Part shown: positions 1 to 13,011 of the stretch, in pieces
Position numbering within the stretch: position 1 is the first letter of the stretch
Layout: every line of letters starts with the position of its first letter
NCBI RefSeq assembly: GCF_006345805.1
Contig: NC_043000.1
Location: 44,206,001-44,270,000, forward strand
DNA from: Octopus sinensis
Taxonomy: Eukaryota
Length of the DNA stretch: 64,000 nt
Reading direction: 5' to 3'
Made by a program: the position numbers and the translations under genes
The notes under the pieces: generated by a model
The model's input: the letters and a program-made list of their open reading frames with translations, nothing else
The model's database searches: none
Told to the model about the DNA's origin: nothing

Positions 1-460
1 CGTAAATGTTTAGTATGTATAATATACATATACACATACGTACATACATGCATGCACACACATCACACACACACATGCACACACACACATATACATGAAA
101 TGTCTGCTACACTGATAATATTCGTGAAAGACAATTGGATCTCATAAAGACATCAGCGAAATAATAGTAATATAAAGTAATTTAATATGGGATATAAGAA
201 TATTAAATAAATATTCTAGCAAAAGACAATAACAAGAATGATGTATAAGTAAAAAGAGAAACATTAAATGCACTCGAGAGATTATAAAAAATAGTGATGT
301 GAACCATATTGTGGAGTGCATGAATATAGAAATTGTGCATATTATATTAAACACGAATCAGAAGGTTATGATCTGAATCACAATGTGAAATTTGATATAT
401 GTTATACATTCAATATATGCTCTAGCGCGGATGTGTAGTAAGAAGTTTGTATATATAATT

Positions 461-1020
461 GAAAAACTTGGAGTCACAAAGAAGGAATGCGGTTGAACAT
501 TTATTTGCAATCGCTATAATTGTTTCTACACGATGTAGCTCTTCAGCCATGCAAGTACTTGACTAGGCAACTCGTTCCCTGCATTATGAGATCTCATTGA
601 GTTTTCTCAGGCGATATGTTAATAATGACTCCACAGGTTCAAATTCTCGGCTTCATGAGCTTTCTTTTGTCTGTCGTGGACTGAAGTTATTAGTAGCCAC
701 CGAGCTTATCAAGTTTAAAAGTTGCAGAAGCACTATCGCACTACATGTACACATTCAAAATGACACACCTTGATGAACTTCGTGGATACGAATATCTTCA
801 AGGCACGACAGACCGAGAGGATGCTCTTGAAGTCAAGCAATTGTACTTACGGAGTCAATATTTACAGATCGCTTGATCAAACACAACCTGATCTCATAAT
901 GCGGGAAAAGTTGCATAATCAAGTATTTGCATACTTGAAGAGGTACGTTATGTATAAATAATTGTAGGGATTGAAACTAGATGCCTATTCGTATGTCTTC
1001 TTGTTGACTCCAATTTGTTT
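461..1020. mobile_element. Old head-to-head inverted duplication (arms ~461-594 and ~890-1020), each arm with a decayed hammerhead motif; PLE-type relic
   Basis: Reverse complement of the left arm (gatctcataatgcagggaacgagttgcctagtcaagtacttgcatggctgaagagctac...) aligns to 890-1020 (gatctcataatgcgggaaaagttgcataatcaagtatttgcatacttgaagaggtac...) at roughly 70-75% by eye. Confidence 0.6.
508..552 (-). ncRNA. Decayed type I hammerhead ribozyme motif
   Basis: Minus strand: CTGAAGA-gctacatcgtgta-GAAA-c-AATT-a-TA. The other arm (~930-970, +) reads TTGAAGA-ggtacgttatgta-TAAA-t-AATT-g-TA. Implied consensus CTGAAGA..GAAA-C-AATT-G-TA. Confidence 0.45.
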
Positions 1021-1203
1021 AGTTAACTATTCACAGACGACAGGAGCCCAATAACTTCACTTGCGCATCAAAGAATTAACTTTATGTCGTAAGATATGAA
1101 GGGTCACCCAAAGTGAATAAACATCTTTAAGATTGCGCTTTCAAAACTTCTCTCAGATATATTTCCACTCGTGTTTTACCTTACAACTTTACATTGTTAT
1201 ATA

Positions 1204-1281
<78 letters not shown>

Positions 1282-1501
1282 TGTGTCTGTGTCTGTGTGT
1301 GTTATAATATATAATATAAAGTGAACTGATATTAGCATCAATCTACATGATTACAGGTGGATAAGGATAGGTTATAATAGAAAATAAACTCCCAGATACA
1401 GGGTGTATAAATTAATGATACTTAAGATATACAAAGAAATACATTCAGACACAGAATTTAAAAATTGAAGCCCACAATCAAATAATCTTTTCTACTATTT
1501 G

Positions 1502-1582
1502 TACGTAACTGAATGATATGATGAACGCCAAAGTTGACCTCGGCGGAATTTGGACTCAGAACGTAACGGCAGACGAAATACC
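1502..1582 (-). mobile_element. Partial tRNA-derived SINE (family A), directly abutting the tail of the next copy
   Basis: gccaaagttgacctcggcggaatttggactcagaacgtaacggcagacgaaatacc matches the internal part of the copy at 1583-1822. Confidence 0.7.
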
Positions 1583-1822
1583 TATTTTTATTTCTTTACT
1601 ACACACAAGGGCTAAACACAGAGAGGACAAACAAGGACAGACAAACGGATTAAGTCGATTACATCGATCCCAGTGCGTAACTGGTACTTATGTAATCGAC
1701 CCCGAAAGGATGAAAGGCAAAGTCGACCTCGGCGGAATTTCAACTCAGAACGTAACGGCAGAAGAAATACGGCTTCGCATTTCGCCCGGCGTGCTAACGT
1801 TTCTGCCAGCTCGCCGCCTTCC
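1583..1822 (-). mobile_element. Full-length tRNA-derived SINE (family A, octopus-type)
   Basis: Minus strand starts aaggcggcgagctggcagaaacgttagc (A-box-like), has a B-box-like gagttgaaattcc, the conserved body gcctttcatcctttcggggtcgat and an A-rich tail. Homologues at 24.1k, 25.2k, 36.8k, 46.6k and 59.2k. Confidence 0.9.
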
Positions 1823-3360
1823 CACAATGAAGTAATGAATAATCTGTGCAGAAAAATATAAGAATGAGATTAAAGTATATTGTGAGGCATATAAAAATTT
1901 ATAAGCTATTAAAAGGACATAAACTGTAAAAATATACAGAAGTTTATATAGAGGCATTAAATGTTTTAAAACATACAATATGAAATATAAAATGATATAA
2001 AAGTTATAAAGATATGAAGAAGGATATAAGGTATAATAAAAGAAAGAATTTGGAAGATATAGATATATAGAAAAACTATAGCAAGATTATTATTATTAAA
2101 TAATTAAAATAAAATATAATCATGCCAAATTATAAAAAAGATAAAATTAACTTTGAAAATGTGTTCATAAAATGTTTCTAAAGTCCACCTAAAATGAATA
2201 GAGGCAGAACACTACAAGATCTTAGAGAGTACATTTTATAGGTAGGGGAGGCGCAAAATTTAAATATCCACTAGTAAAAAAAACATAATTATATTTTTTA
2301 TTAACTATATATAGGAGAACATAATTTTGAAGAGGGGTAAAAACATATTGCAATAATTGATGGGGTATAAATTGTACTAGGTTATATTGAATAATAAATT
2401 ATTGTCACCCAATTTAAGCTATAGAATAATCATTTCATTTTATAGGTTATAAAATTATCAGATCAATAGAGAGTAATATAAGTAGAGAGTGCTATGAGCT
2501 ATATATAAAGGATCATCGGATGGGCTAAGGGTCATTAGAATACATTACTGAACAGGTTTCAGTATCTCGACGATTAAGCTATGAATGATAGGTGCATTGA
2601 GTAAATTATGTCACCAAAGATACTGTATGGGTTATTTATTATTAGCTGCTTCTTAAATTATTCAAAGGTGCGAATAATCCTATGAAACATGACATTAATT
2701 TGTTGTTAATTAGGTTGTCTTTATCTCTATATTTGAAATTTTCCTATATCTCCATACAACATAGTCCACACCCATACAGGCTATTTGTGTATAGCTGAGC
2801 TTTAAGCACTATATCATACCTAACACTCAATTTAAGGGACAATCAATTAGGTGTACTTGTTATGTTTTCAGGCTTCCCCAATTTCCTCAACTTGTTAACT
2901 TTTGTGCTATTGTAACTAAATGAATCGATTTTGACTCTTATTTCTAGCAGAGCTAGTGCTATCTACACCCTTGCCTATAAATTTGCTTGTTCTTTTTGGT
3001 AACTAGTCACATATACGGTTATAATTTATTAATAATTATATCACTGTTTAAATATATGCAATACTACCATTTGAATATAGCGCTAGCCTTCAATGGTTAT
3101 AACAAGCTTATGGAAAGCTAATAAACTTTTAGCCCCAGGCAGCAAGACTGACTCAGGAGAACTAAGAAAAATATCTGAAAGTTCGAAATGATGTGAAATT
3201 GGTATATCTGCAATTTTATTTGCGATTCTCCCTCGCTTTGGTATGTTGGCTATTTTCACGACCCCGCTCTCTAGATTTCGACAGCTTGGTAACTTTTAGT
3301 GCTCTGGTGGCTATACTTAATATATATATTATATATATATATATATATATTACACAGAGG

Positions 3361-3399
<39 letters not shown>

Positions 3400-3432
3400 C
3401 ACAGAGGTAATATATATATATTATATATATTA

Positions 3433-3512
<80 letters not shown>

Positions 3513-3979
3513 AACGTAAAGTATACTAGCCATCTCAGCATGGCTAACCACTAAGGGTGGGAGTTACTGTAGCTTTTAGCCCCAGGAGATCATCGTCTCC
3601 AGCTGGCTTTAGGCACACTTTCTGTGCCCTTATGATATTTGCAAAGGGAGGTCATCCCTCTCTCGTAAACCTAAGTGATACGCACGGACTGCAGATTCGA
3701 GGCATTTGCCTCTTGTCAACGTACTGCAATTACCGGCTTTCGATGAGGGGACCTGTTTACAACTATCTATATAATGTTTTTACCGGTAACTTCCGTCTTT
3801 GTAACTTTGCGCATCACTTAGGTTGACGAGAGAGGGATGACCTCCCTTTGCAAATACCATAAGGGCACAGAAAGTGTGCCTAAAGCCAGCTGGAGACGAT
3901 GATCTTCTGGGGCTAAAAGCTACAGTAACACCCACCCTTAGTGGTTAGCCATATTGAGATGGCTAGTATACTTTACGTT
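3513..3979. mobile_element. Fold-back element: 172-bp inverted arms (3513-3684 and 3808-3979) with a 123-bp spacer containing a hammerhead
   Basis: aacgtaaagtatactagccatctc...gtgatacgca is the reverse complement of tgcgcatcac...gagatggctagtatactttacgtt with few mismatches (~95%). The left arm abuts (TA)n. Confidence 0.85.
3682..3724 (-). ncRNA. Type I hammerhead motif with U3:A8 core variant
   Basis: Minus strand: gtacg-TTGACAA-GAGGC-aaat-GCCTC-GAAT-CTGCAG-TC-cgtgc. Stem I 5 bp, stem II 5 bp, palindromic stem III, GUC site. A15.1 is replaced by U in this copy. Confidence 0.7.
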
Positions 3980-4565
3980 GTAGAGCGGTTACTGTTTACA
4001 TCTCGTTCAGAGATTTATTATTGCTATATATATATATTTGAATTCGCCTTGAATGGTCCCTTTGCATACTGAACACTTGGTGAAATTGATTAATAATTAA
4101 TTAATTTTGCCCTCAATTGTTGAAATTATAATTAATCTCCTCTGATTAAATGCTTCGGATTTTACCGAAATAAGCATAGTGTTTGATGATTTTAACCCAC
4201 GCTGGTGGAAAGGGGAGAACAGATTCTTCGCTTGCTTATTGAATTTGTTTGGCACTGTTGTTGGAAGCAGATCTTCGAAAGGGTATGTTCTTATTTCAGT
4301 GTTTTCCAATCCAAACCAAGGAATTTCTGAGCCGATGATAGAAATGTTGTTTTGACTAATCTTGAAACGTACGTTCTCGAATAACCTTAGCATTTGATTT
4401 TTCGATGTCCTTACCCCCAAACTTTTGTGAGTTGAATTAAGCAACACTATATTGAGAGAGATTTTCTTTAAGTATTAGAAATAGTTTTAAAAAGTTTTTT
4501 AGCTGCTATTTCTAATGATGTTCAGTATGCGGCAAGTAATTTATTTTACTAAGCCCTTTTATATA

Positions 4566-4634
<69 letters not shown>

Positions 4635-5560
4635 AACCTGATAACGGAGGCTCGTTTTATGCAATGTTAATGTTTTCCCTTACGTGCTGCATGTTTTGAT
4701 GAACTAAATCTTCCAGCATTATGATGAAAATCCGAGACCCCAGAAATAGCTATCGGAGTTCCTATTTTCGTCCTATTTAATTTCCTCTGCCGTTTTGTAT
4801 ACTGTAAATTTGATCTATTAATATATATCTACATATATATAGATAGATATATGCCATTTTTACATACTTTATGGTCTAATACAAGTTCTCGTTAAATCGT
4901 TAGATAAATATACGCTCTTTCGTCTAACCATCGACTCTTTTGGGCGAAATATTCATTCTGTTTTACATTGTTTAATCAAAGTAAGAACGAATCCTTCGTT
5001 GAAGAGTCGAACCTGTCATGAAAGTTATTGAAACACCTGATTGGAACGTAGATGTATGTATTACGATTATTTCTTTTTCTAAGAGTATTACTTTTATAGA
5101 AGATTCACAATCCAAACAGCTGATAATACATATTTTGACTTTTAAGCCACTTTTGGATTTCAGCTATACCAGTTTAATAGACGGATAACAACTTAACGAT
5201 CCCACTGTCTTCGCTCTTGAACATTCTCTAAAGCACAAAATGAAAATCAAAGACAGATGGTGCCAGTAATATATGTCCCTATTCGAAAGGGGTCATAAAT
5301 ATACTAAGAGAGTATGACAATACATAATCTTAATGTTTCGAGTAATAGAAAATGTTTTATGTCTAAGTAGCTTGCTTCTAAATACTTTGTTCCGAGTTCG
5401 CTCTGAATGTGCAAGTGCTTATGCGAATTTTATACGACTAAATTTTCACATTAAAGTGTGAACTATGCGGAAATCCATGACATCTATACACGCATACATA
5501 TCGAATATATATTCACACACACAAATCTGTGCATGCCTGTATGTATATATAGATATATAT

Positions 5561-5607
<47 letters not shown>

Positions 5608-5631
5608 AAATATATTTATAAATGCATACAT

Positions 5632-5662
<31 letters not shown>

Positions 5663-5705
5663 ATATATATATATATTCATATATTTATATATACATACCT
5701 CTGTG

Positions 5706-5754
<49 letters not shown>

Positions 5755-7884
5755 ATATTAAGTATACATGACAGCAACATTTCAAATCCCAATTCCTTCA
5801 CACATGGGTAGTCACACAATTCAAATGTGATAATATACTAAAAAGATATCAGCTCCACTAAACTGAATAATATTTTCAAAGTGATGGAAACCATGACACC
5901 TTGAATGTTTATTCCAAAGCCCATATTTTAACCACACATCAGCTATCAAATATTCTCGAGATACACGTGGAATTTAAAATTACCTAATACTGAACTTAAA
6001 TGCGTATGGCAAATGAAAACCGTTGGATATATTTTGTGAGTAAAATATGCAAATATGTATGACTGAAAAATTCAAAGTTAGAATATGATCACCATCTGCA
6101 TCCATTAATTCAACACACCATTGGGATTATTGAGGAATGTTTCTTAGGTTTATGAATATAATGCAGAGTCGCCCTGGAAAATTCATTTTTTTTATTACTA
6201 CGTTATAATGCATCTATATGGCTTTCATTCGAACCACTAGTACGTTCAAAATGCACTGAAATTTATTTTTCTAATATTTCACGATATCTCTTAGTTATGG
6301 CGACCCCATTAGCGTTTCTGCTGTAATTAAATTGCGCTGAATATCCTACTATTCTCAATATTGCAAGTTTCAGTGTTTTGTTTTTCTTGAAAGGGAGGAA
6401 ATGAACCCAGCTCCCTTGACAGAGACTTACTGAAGTTGTGCTTTTTATAACGCCACATCTTGACTTCAAATAATGGAAAACTATTCTTACCATTTATGCC
6501 TGTGCCCCATCATGGCCACAGTGTATTAACTGAAACAAGTAAAAGGATAAAAATAATCTTGAAAGGGAATAGTAACTGTTATATTGCTGGTCATATAATG
6601 CTCCAAGGTAGATTAATAAATTTAGATTGAGAAAATGCTTCATGAATTTGTATAAGGAAAATATCTATATATACATATCAACATATGCATACAAACACAT
6701 AAGAACAACTCTGTGCGTATGTATGCATGAATGGTTATGTACGTGAGTATGTGCGCGCGAATGTGTGTATGTACTAAAATGTCTCTCATTGAGAGAAATA
6801 TAATTTATCCATTGCTTCTGATGTACGCAAAGATGGAAGTCTTTAGACATCATGTTTCACCAATTGTCAAAGTTTTCATCGACGAGAAATAGACCACTTC
6901 TTTCGTTAGTTAATGGCATTAAATATTCAACTTCTATATGAATCAATTATGGCGACAGTTGATGGTCAGCAAGCAAACCATGAAACTATTTATTAGGAAA
7001 ATATGGTTGCTATTTGTTGAATATCATAAGCATTGGAAAAACTACATTTACATAATTATTTCTTCAAAGTAGGCTCCTCGTGTTAATATTTTAAGTGTTA
7101 TATTTTGATTTAATCTGTTTTATAAACATATACATATGTTTATAAAACATAAACGTACATACCCCGCCCCCATATATTCACACACATATTCAATCAAGAG
7201 TTCCACTTATAGGCTGAATGGAATGAATGACAGATGTCGATAGTAAAACGAAGGAAATTGTTTATGATGCCTCGTTATCTTTTGATATTAGGCAAGAGAA
7301 AATGGAAATGGGATTATTTTGGCAGCTATATTTGTCATTTAACGTTATTTAGTACTGATGAGATGACTGAAAAGGATAACATTTTGATTGGTATATCTAA
7401 TATACATCGTCTTGCTAGTCCATGTTTTTTTAACGATATTTTCAACAGCTGAAATGTTTTATTCAACATTTTTATATCGTAGCATCAATTTTGTGTTTGC
7501 TGGCGCTATAAATTTATGGGATCTTACTAAAGTCATGAAATGACGCCCATTTGCCATACGGAAAAAGACTTTGTGCAATGCAAATTGATACATTATGTCC
7601 TAGATGGCTTATAGTTCGAAGTAGAGGGTATCTTAATCTTGCACTAGAAGGTCGTGCATTGGAGGCTATGAGAGTACGAGTTATACCCAGAAGTAACAGG
7701 TAACTTTCCTTGTTGGACAAGCCCATTGCAGTTATGGCTTCCAACGCTAGAAACCACTTGATGCAACTCTCGGCCATCAATCTGTCGACCCGCTTCTTCC
7801 TACTAAGTGCAGTCATCGTACTTCTACGTTGCGCTTTGCTTTGCAGTGCTTCTCCACTGTTCGTCGATTTTCGAGATAGAACGA

Positions 7885-8365
7885 AAGAACAGCGTGCTTC
7901 CATGAAATTTTACTTTCTGCTGGGGTAAACGACGGCCGAAACAGGTGTCATGCTTTAAACAGCTTATAAGGATGCTGCCATGAGCAAAACACAAGATTAC
8001 GGAGTGATTTCCACACTTTATGAATGTTCACTTGTCGTCTGAATACCAACCTTGTTCAGGACGACTGTCGATCTCTGGAACGAATGAAAGCCACGAAAGG
8101 TCGTGAACTGATCTTGGAGGACCGATACTGAACAACTGACGAACATGTTGATATGAGTGGTGTGTTCTGGAGCTCCTGTCAACGAATTTTGAACGATGGA
8201 TTGCGAATGAACAAAGCTGCAAAGAGATTGGTGCCTCGCTTACTCACGGAAGATCAAACGCTATCACGACTAAATGCGTATCGTGAACTGAAAGAGCAAC
8301 AGGAAGTTGACCGAGGACTCTTTTTGAAGATCATCACTGGTGACGAAAGCTCGTACCACGGAATT
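7885..8365 (+). pseudogene. Mariner (Tc1/mariner) transposase, N-terminal half, frameshifted
   Basis: EQRASMKFYFLLGKTTAETGVML..AYKDAAMSKTQ.. and MSGVFWSSCQRILNDGLRMNKAAKRLVPRLLTEDQ..KIITGDES match the mariner HTH, WVPxxL-like and TGDE motifs. Confidence 0.85.
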
Positions 8366-8885
8366 TTCAGATGTGGAAGAGGTAAAGAAATTATTAATAA
8401 AAACGAATATTGCAAAATCCCGATTTATTTTGGCTAACCCTCGTATATACATTTATATGTGAGAGGAATTTAACTTACATAGTCGACATTTAGCTGCGAT
8501 AATAATTACTTCACTGTTGTAAATATGTTGCATTCGTTTTAGAAGTGTCATCTTAAGTCGTTCATGTTAGATTAATTTCGAGGCCTTACACACACGCATA
8601 TACCATAGTAAGTTATGGCTATCCGGGGACTGCAGTTACTAGGTAAAATTCAGGAAGCAAATACTCTGGTTTGTATGTAGTTGTGAATAATTTTGTCAAG
8701 ACTTACTAGACTCAGTATACAATGCGATCCTTGTTAAGTTCGAGTCGGAGAGAGAGCTGTCGAATTAGCTAATGGTAAGGGGATCTAGATGCGTTTTTTA
8801 TTACCAGTGGTTTTATAGCCTGTATAGTTATTATATATACAAACGCAAACACACCCACACATCCACACTCATATCTGTGTATAAA

Positions 8886-8940
<55 letters not shown>

Positions 8941-8953
8941 AGTGTGTGTATAG

Positions 8954-8984
<31 letters not shown>

Positions 8985-9848
8985 TGCATGCATGAAAGTA
9001 TGTTTGTATGTATCACCATTTCTGTAGTATATTTGGGAGTATATTTATGAATATTTACTTCTGATACTTAAACGCTTATACATAAATTTAATATTAATTA
9101 TTTTATATAGACACTCATGCATTTTTTTATATAAGTGTGCGTGTCAGTGCGTAAATGTGTGCTAGTGTGTATGTGTATTCACTCGTGGATATATATATAT
9201 ACATGAAATCTACTCTTTGGTTTTTGATATGTCGTTCAGTAATACAATTATCGACTATATTGAAAAAGATGTATTCGAAATTGAATTGGCATAGAGACAC
9301 CGCCATTTAATTGCAACTGAATTAGAACTTTTATGCAGCTTGTGAATTAATAAACACGAAAATAAATTGAAGAGACTACTAAAGTTTTAGGGTATTGGTT
9401 TTATTTTATTCTACACATTTTTTCTTTTGCTTCTTGTGTAGAATTTATTTAATATATTTCACATTTCATTCTTTCTTCATTGAACTGAATAATGTCATTT
9501 CTGCTTAGTAAGCAAAATGCTGAAGGCACCCATTGATCAATAAATAGCATCACACTTTAATTATTCAGCAACATTATTTATAAAGCGTACGTCGGAAAGA
9601 CGGAGCAGCCAATTTGCGTTCTATTGTACTGTTGTGTGCATGATTCTTTTGGTATACGTGCGAATACAAAATTTGCATATAAATGTGAGAAGAATAAAAT
9701 GTGTATGCGAGTGTGTATCTATATATGCATGCAATATATACGCACAAATATAAGTGCGTATCTTAGTTTCTATATGCAGCTGTTTATCATGCAATTTGGT
9801 AGGTATGAACGGTTATCTATGTGTGGGGGGCTTTACATTCACAGCATC

Positions 9849-9897
<49 letters not shown>

Positions 9898-9929
9898 TAT
9901 ATATACGTATACATATACATACATATAAA

Positions 9930-9976
9930 GTAGTACCACGGTTTTCGAGCAAATCTGATCGCGGGAAAATCGTGCG

Positions 9977-10034
<58 letters not shown>

Positions 10035-10058
10035 AGAGAGAGAGAGAGAGAGAGAAAG

Positions 10059-10102
<44 letters not shown>

Positions 10103-10230
10103 CACGATTTATTCCCGATCAGAGGCGTTCCTAAACCGAGGTACTACTATATTAAATGAATATGGGACAGACAGGGGATAAAGTACAAATTATCCATGAT
10201 CAGAGTTGCTCTAAAACCGAGGTTCTGCTG
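9930..10230. repeat. Three copies of a ~50-bp motif: one inverted (9930-9978) and two direct (~10099-10147, ~10181-10230), around a (TA)n/(GA)n tract
   Basis: rc aacgcacgattttcccgcgatcagatttgctcgaaaaccgtggtactac; aaagcacgatttattcccgatcagaggcgttcctaaaccgaggtactac; aagtacaaattatccatgatcagagttgctctaaaaccgaggttctgct. Confidence 0.55.
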
Positions 10231-10508
10231 TAAATGTACATATATATGTGTGTATAGGGAGATACACACCAGCTTTTGTCCGATAGCTGTATTTACGTTT
10301 GGACGATTATATAGGAGTAATACACTCACTCACACACACACATACACACATATATATATATGCGTATATATGTAAAGCTATGTATAATTTTATGTGTCTG
10401 TGTAAGAGTATTTCTACATATCCATTATGCATTCACTCCCACATGCGTATATATATATTTATAAATCTGCGCGTATATGTGCCTTTATGTGTGTAAATAC
10501 ACACACAG

Positions 10509-10554
<46 letters not shown>

Positions 10555-12418
10555 GTAAATTATTTTCCTAAAGGAAGAGAAAGATACATCTTATATCAAG
10601 TTGGCATATAAGTGACTTTACTACCTTATTGAACAGCAATTCGTGTTGCTCTATACTGATGTTGGATATGGAGCCCAAACCTGTGGTGCTAGATATTTTT
10701 AATTCGGTATCTTTTAATATATTTACATTCATGTATGTATGCGTGTATATATAAATACATATATACGTTTATATGCACGTATATATACATGTACGTGTGT
10801 ATGCGTTTGTTTGCGTGTTTCTATGTGTATGTGCATATATAATTATATATATATGTGTGTGTGTGTATATATATATGTAGAATTATCTGTTATATGTTGC
10901 TTCTCATATATTGCATTTCCTTCATCGCTTTGCATTGCTCTTCTTCGTTCTCCATTCATGTAATCCTTTGTTAGTTGGTATTGCCAATTTTTTTGTCCTT
11001 ACCCTGTATGCATATACGTATATACTTTTTTTGTTCTGCGTTATGCCACTTTCTTTGAGCGAACCAATTAATTTTGAAAGGTGTAAGACGTAAAATCTTG
11101 GGAAAATACAAACAAACAAAAAAATTGAAGAGCAAAAAGATCGAAAAAAATAATCTATCAACAAAAATATTCAATAATAAAAGTTAAATAACAATATTGC
11201 AAAAAAGATTCTTGAGAAAGATCTCACAAAACAAATAAATCACTGACGCAAAAAGTACAATTCTGAAAAGTAAAAATATATAGGAATGAAAGAAAAAGAG
11301 TGCATTTATAGAAAGTAAAGAGGTTTGAATTGTACACACAATAACATATCTTTTGAAAGTATAATTGCTTGAAGAGAACAAAAACGGTAGAATAGAAATA
11401 AAAATTAATATAAATATGAAAACCTCGCCCAGCCAAACATGACATCTCATGTAGCTAACCATTTTCCGAAATCCAATATTGATTGTCAACTGTCATTATT
11501 TTCTTGTGTTAAATGTTATCATTCCGTTCACATTCAACTATCTAATCAATAAACCGACCTACCACCCATTTTTAACCCAGAAATGGAATTGATATACAGA
11601 GTGCATCATTGGTTAGAATGACTGAATGATTGAATAAAGAAAATGCAAAAATATAGTAAGTGAAGTTTAAATTGTAGATGAAGACTTGAAGAAATATTGG
11701 TAAATACAACTGCTCACATTCTTATTGCGTTTTCATATTTATATAAATGCATTACTTTCTAATGATTTTTGTATATATATTTTTGAAATTTTATCAGTGT
11801 AATTTTTATTTTATTCGCTGATACTGCTGGTATACTAGATGCATTTGTCATATGATATATTGGTATATTGGTAGGCGAATAATTTAAAGTTTCAAATTTT
11901 ACTCTCATAAATACTAGCTTGAAAGATGGTTCTCTTAAAAGATTAATGTACTCATGATATACATTCATGCACAGGCATAAGACATGGTCTGTTACTAAAG
12001 GAAAAATTATTCATCTTCGTCATCTCATTAGAACCATAGCCCTCTCGTATCATTGCTGCCTGCAGTATCAAGTGACATGTAGTTATAGGAATAATATTGA
12101 ATTCGATGTCTCAGTTTATCTTCTATATATTTCCTACACATTTTTATATGTGAATCTAATTATATCTGCATCAGTTTTTACCTTATTTCGCATTTTACAA
12201 TTTATAACTCTTTCAAAGTTAGCTAATGGTTAATTTGTTACATTATTAACTCTATACATGTCCGCATTTCAAAATCGTGTTGAAAATTATATTAATCAGA
12301 ATTTATTGATCCTAACTTAACATGAATATTACTAAAGAAATTACTTCACAAAGTTTTTTTTCATTAATATATCAGGTACATCCAGACACACGTAGACATA
12401 CACACACAGACATACATA

Positions 12419-12462
<44 letters not shown>

Positions 12463-13011
12463 CACAGCATACCTTTATATACGTCTGTTCCATCTATTAT
12501 ATTCATTTTAATCATTTGCAATTTATACTTTTAATATAGTCTACTTCATTCTCTATTTTTCTATAGAGTTTTTCGATTCAACTATTGTTTTATACTTACT
12601 TTGCTGCTACGGTTAATCCCAACCGATGCATCGTTAGTTGGCAGTCATTTATGCACTGTTAGTTTTCAAATTAGTTACGCAATCAGATTGAAATATTTAT
12701 TCGTTGATTGCGTATCAAGAAAATATTATAATTACCCACAATTATTTTAAGATTTCATTATTTTGTATTATCACAATTGATTCACAAACGGTCCTTTCAA
12801 ATTCTGAGAAAGAGCGTGTGATGTATTTTTTTTGTGATTTAATATGATACAATATGGTTCTCTATTTGGTATTTGAGTGCTATATTTTCTACTTTACTTT
12901 GCAACTAGGTGCCTACATTAGTGTGTGTATAAATATATGTATACATATATAATTTAGGACCCGCCAGAAGGGTTTAGACTCATTCTTCTGGTTCTGTAAC
13001 TCATCCACGGC

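Noticed and set aside
1830-3100. A-rich, C-poor block considered as a NUMT or LINE RT
   Set aside because: No mitochondrial gene or RT motif could be read in any frame; only vague LINE-like fragments.
3905-4000. HDV-like ribozyme in the fold-back arm (ggctaa..ttagcc)
   Set aside because: No P1.1 GG after P1, wrong L3 length, and a competing hairpin.
3193-5811. Many long YI/IY-rich ORFs here and throughout the window
   Set aside because: They are translations of stop-free (TA)n/(CA)n/(GT)n tracts.
7350-7385. CTGATGA-gatgact-GAAA
   Set aside because: No stem I, II or III pairing; chance match.
7925-7955. ggccGAAAcaggtgTC hammerhead half
   Set aside because: Lies in mariner coding sequence (KTTAETGVML) with no upstream core.
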